Shown here: positions 18,493 through 19,113 of the stretch, piece after piece
Layout of the letters: every line of letters starts with the position of its first letter
Position numbering within the stretch: the stretch's first letter is position 1
NCBI GenBank assembly: GCA_041742355.1
Contig: JBGSIV010000218.1
Location: 1-19,113, forward strand
Reading direction: 5' to 3'
Length of the DNA stretch: 19,113 bases
DNA from: Candidatus Zixiibacteriota bacterium
Lineage (GTDB): Bacteria; Zixibacteria; MSB-5A5; GN15; FEB-12
The notes under the pieces: generated by a model
Seen by the model: the letters and a program-made list of their open reading frames with translations, nothing else
Database searches by the model: none
What the model was told of the DNA's origin: nothing
Program-made: the position numbers and the translations under genes

Positions 18493-19065
18493 ATGGTACG
18501 AGGTGACAGCGAGAGGATAGACCACCTGGTCAGGCAGGCGCAAGCCGGTGATCGGGGGGCATTCTCTCAACTGGTAAGACTGACTATGAACGATATAGTA
18601 ACCCTGACATACAGAATGACCGGCGACCGCGATACCGCCTTCGACCTGGCGCAGGAAACCTTCGTCTCGGCCTGGGAGCACCTCGACGGCTTCCGGGGGG
18701 AAGCGCGGTTCGAAAACTGGCTGTACCGGATAGCGTCGAACAAGGCGCTCAATCACCTGAGCCGGGGAACAGTCAGCCGGACCGTGTCCCTGGATGGAGA
18801 CGACCTGGAATTGGCCGGCCCGGCGGGTCAGTCGTCGCCGGACCAGATCCTCGAACGGGCCCGGTTGCGGGAAGATGTGCTGGGCTTCATGGCGCAACTG
18901 CCCCCGCAGCAGCGGCTGGTATTCGAGCTGCGGTTCTACAAGCAGATGAACTTCGGCGAGATCGCGGCGGCCACGGGCAAAGCGCTCGGGACCGTGAAGA
19001 CGAATTACCGCGAAGCGGTGGCGAAACTGCGCCTCTTCGCGAGAGAAAAGGGGTGGCACGCATGA
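18493..19065 (+). CDS. ECF-type RNA polymerase sigma factor
   Basis: Region 2: GDRGAFSQLV...DLAQETFVSAW...F.NWLYRIASN. Region 4: LPPQQRLVFELR...FGEIAA..G..LGTVK. ATG 18493 preferred because ATG 18427 abuts the terminator U-tract. Confidence 0.93.
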   Translation: MVRGDSERIDHLVRQAQAGDRGAFSQLVRLTMNDIVTLTYRMTGDRDTAFDLAQETFVSAWEHLDGFRGEARFENWLYRIASNKALNHLSRGTVSRTVSLDGDDLELAGPAGQSSPDQILERARLREDVLGFMAQLPPQQRLVFELRFYKQMNFGEIAAATGKALGTVKTNYREAVAKLRLFAREKGWHA

Positions 19066-19113
19066 AGTGTCACGAAGTACAGAACGTGCTCTACGAGCAG
19101 TTCGGCGCGGCCG
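19062..19113 (+). CDS. Probable anti-sigma factor (zf-HC2-like N-terminus), 3'-truncated
   Basis: ATGA overlap with the sigma stop; MKCHEVQNVLYEQ start resembles the M.C..V...L opening of zinc anti-sigma domains; only 17 codons visible. Confidence 0.6.
   Translation, partial: MKCHEVQNVLYEQFGAA

Overview
GC-rich bacterial chromosomal segment of mostly housekeeping, envelope and redox genes. The C-terminal sorting-type domain, the CcmF form and the large M23 protein suggest an FCB-group lineage such as candidate Zixibacteria (inference only). Gene order: 5'-truncated ccmF heme lyase, Rieske ferredoxin, class I O-methyltransferase, a 511-bp structured intergenic region, an ArsC/Spx-family gene lacking the CxxC motif, and ETF-quinone oxidoreductase. 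Then a minus-strand secreted SBBP beta-propeller protein with a FlgD-Ig/T9SS-like tail, a small CBU_0592-like membrane protein, a minus-strand SurA/PpiD-type PPIase, a large M23 peptidase and a rhomboid protease. Finally a Cys-rich hypothetical protein, an unannotated 46-aa membrane sORF, maeB, a stand-alone mreB, an ECF sigma factor and the start of a probable anti-sigma. No CRISPR array, rRNA, tRNA or transposase was seen. Best leads: (i) the 152-aa hypothetical protein aligns by eye to the IscU/NifU_N fold but has a rearranged Cys set plus a CxxCC tail; (ii) a candidate ECF-promoter-driven sRNA and a structured leader at 2958-3403; (iii) the 46-aa sORF; (iv) ANGGA arrays in the mreB and ECF leaders.
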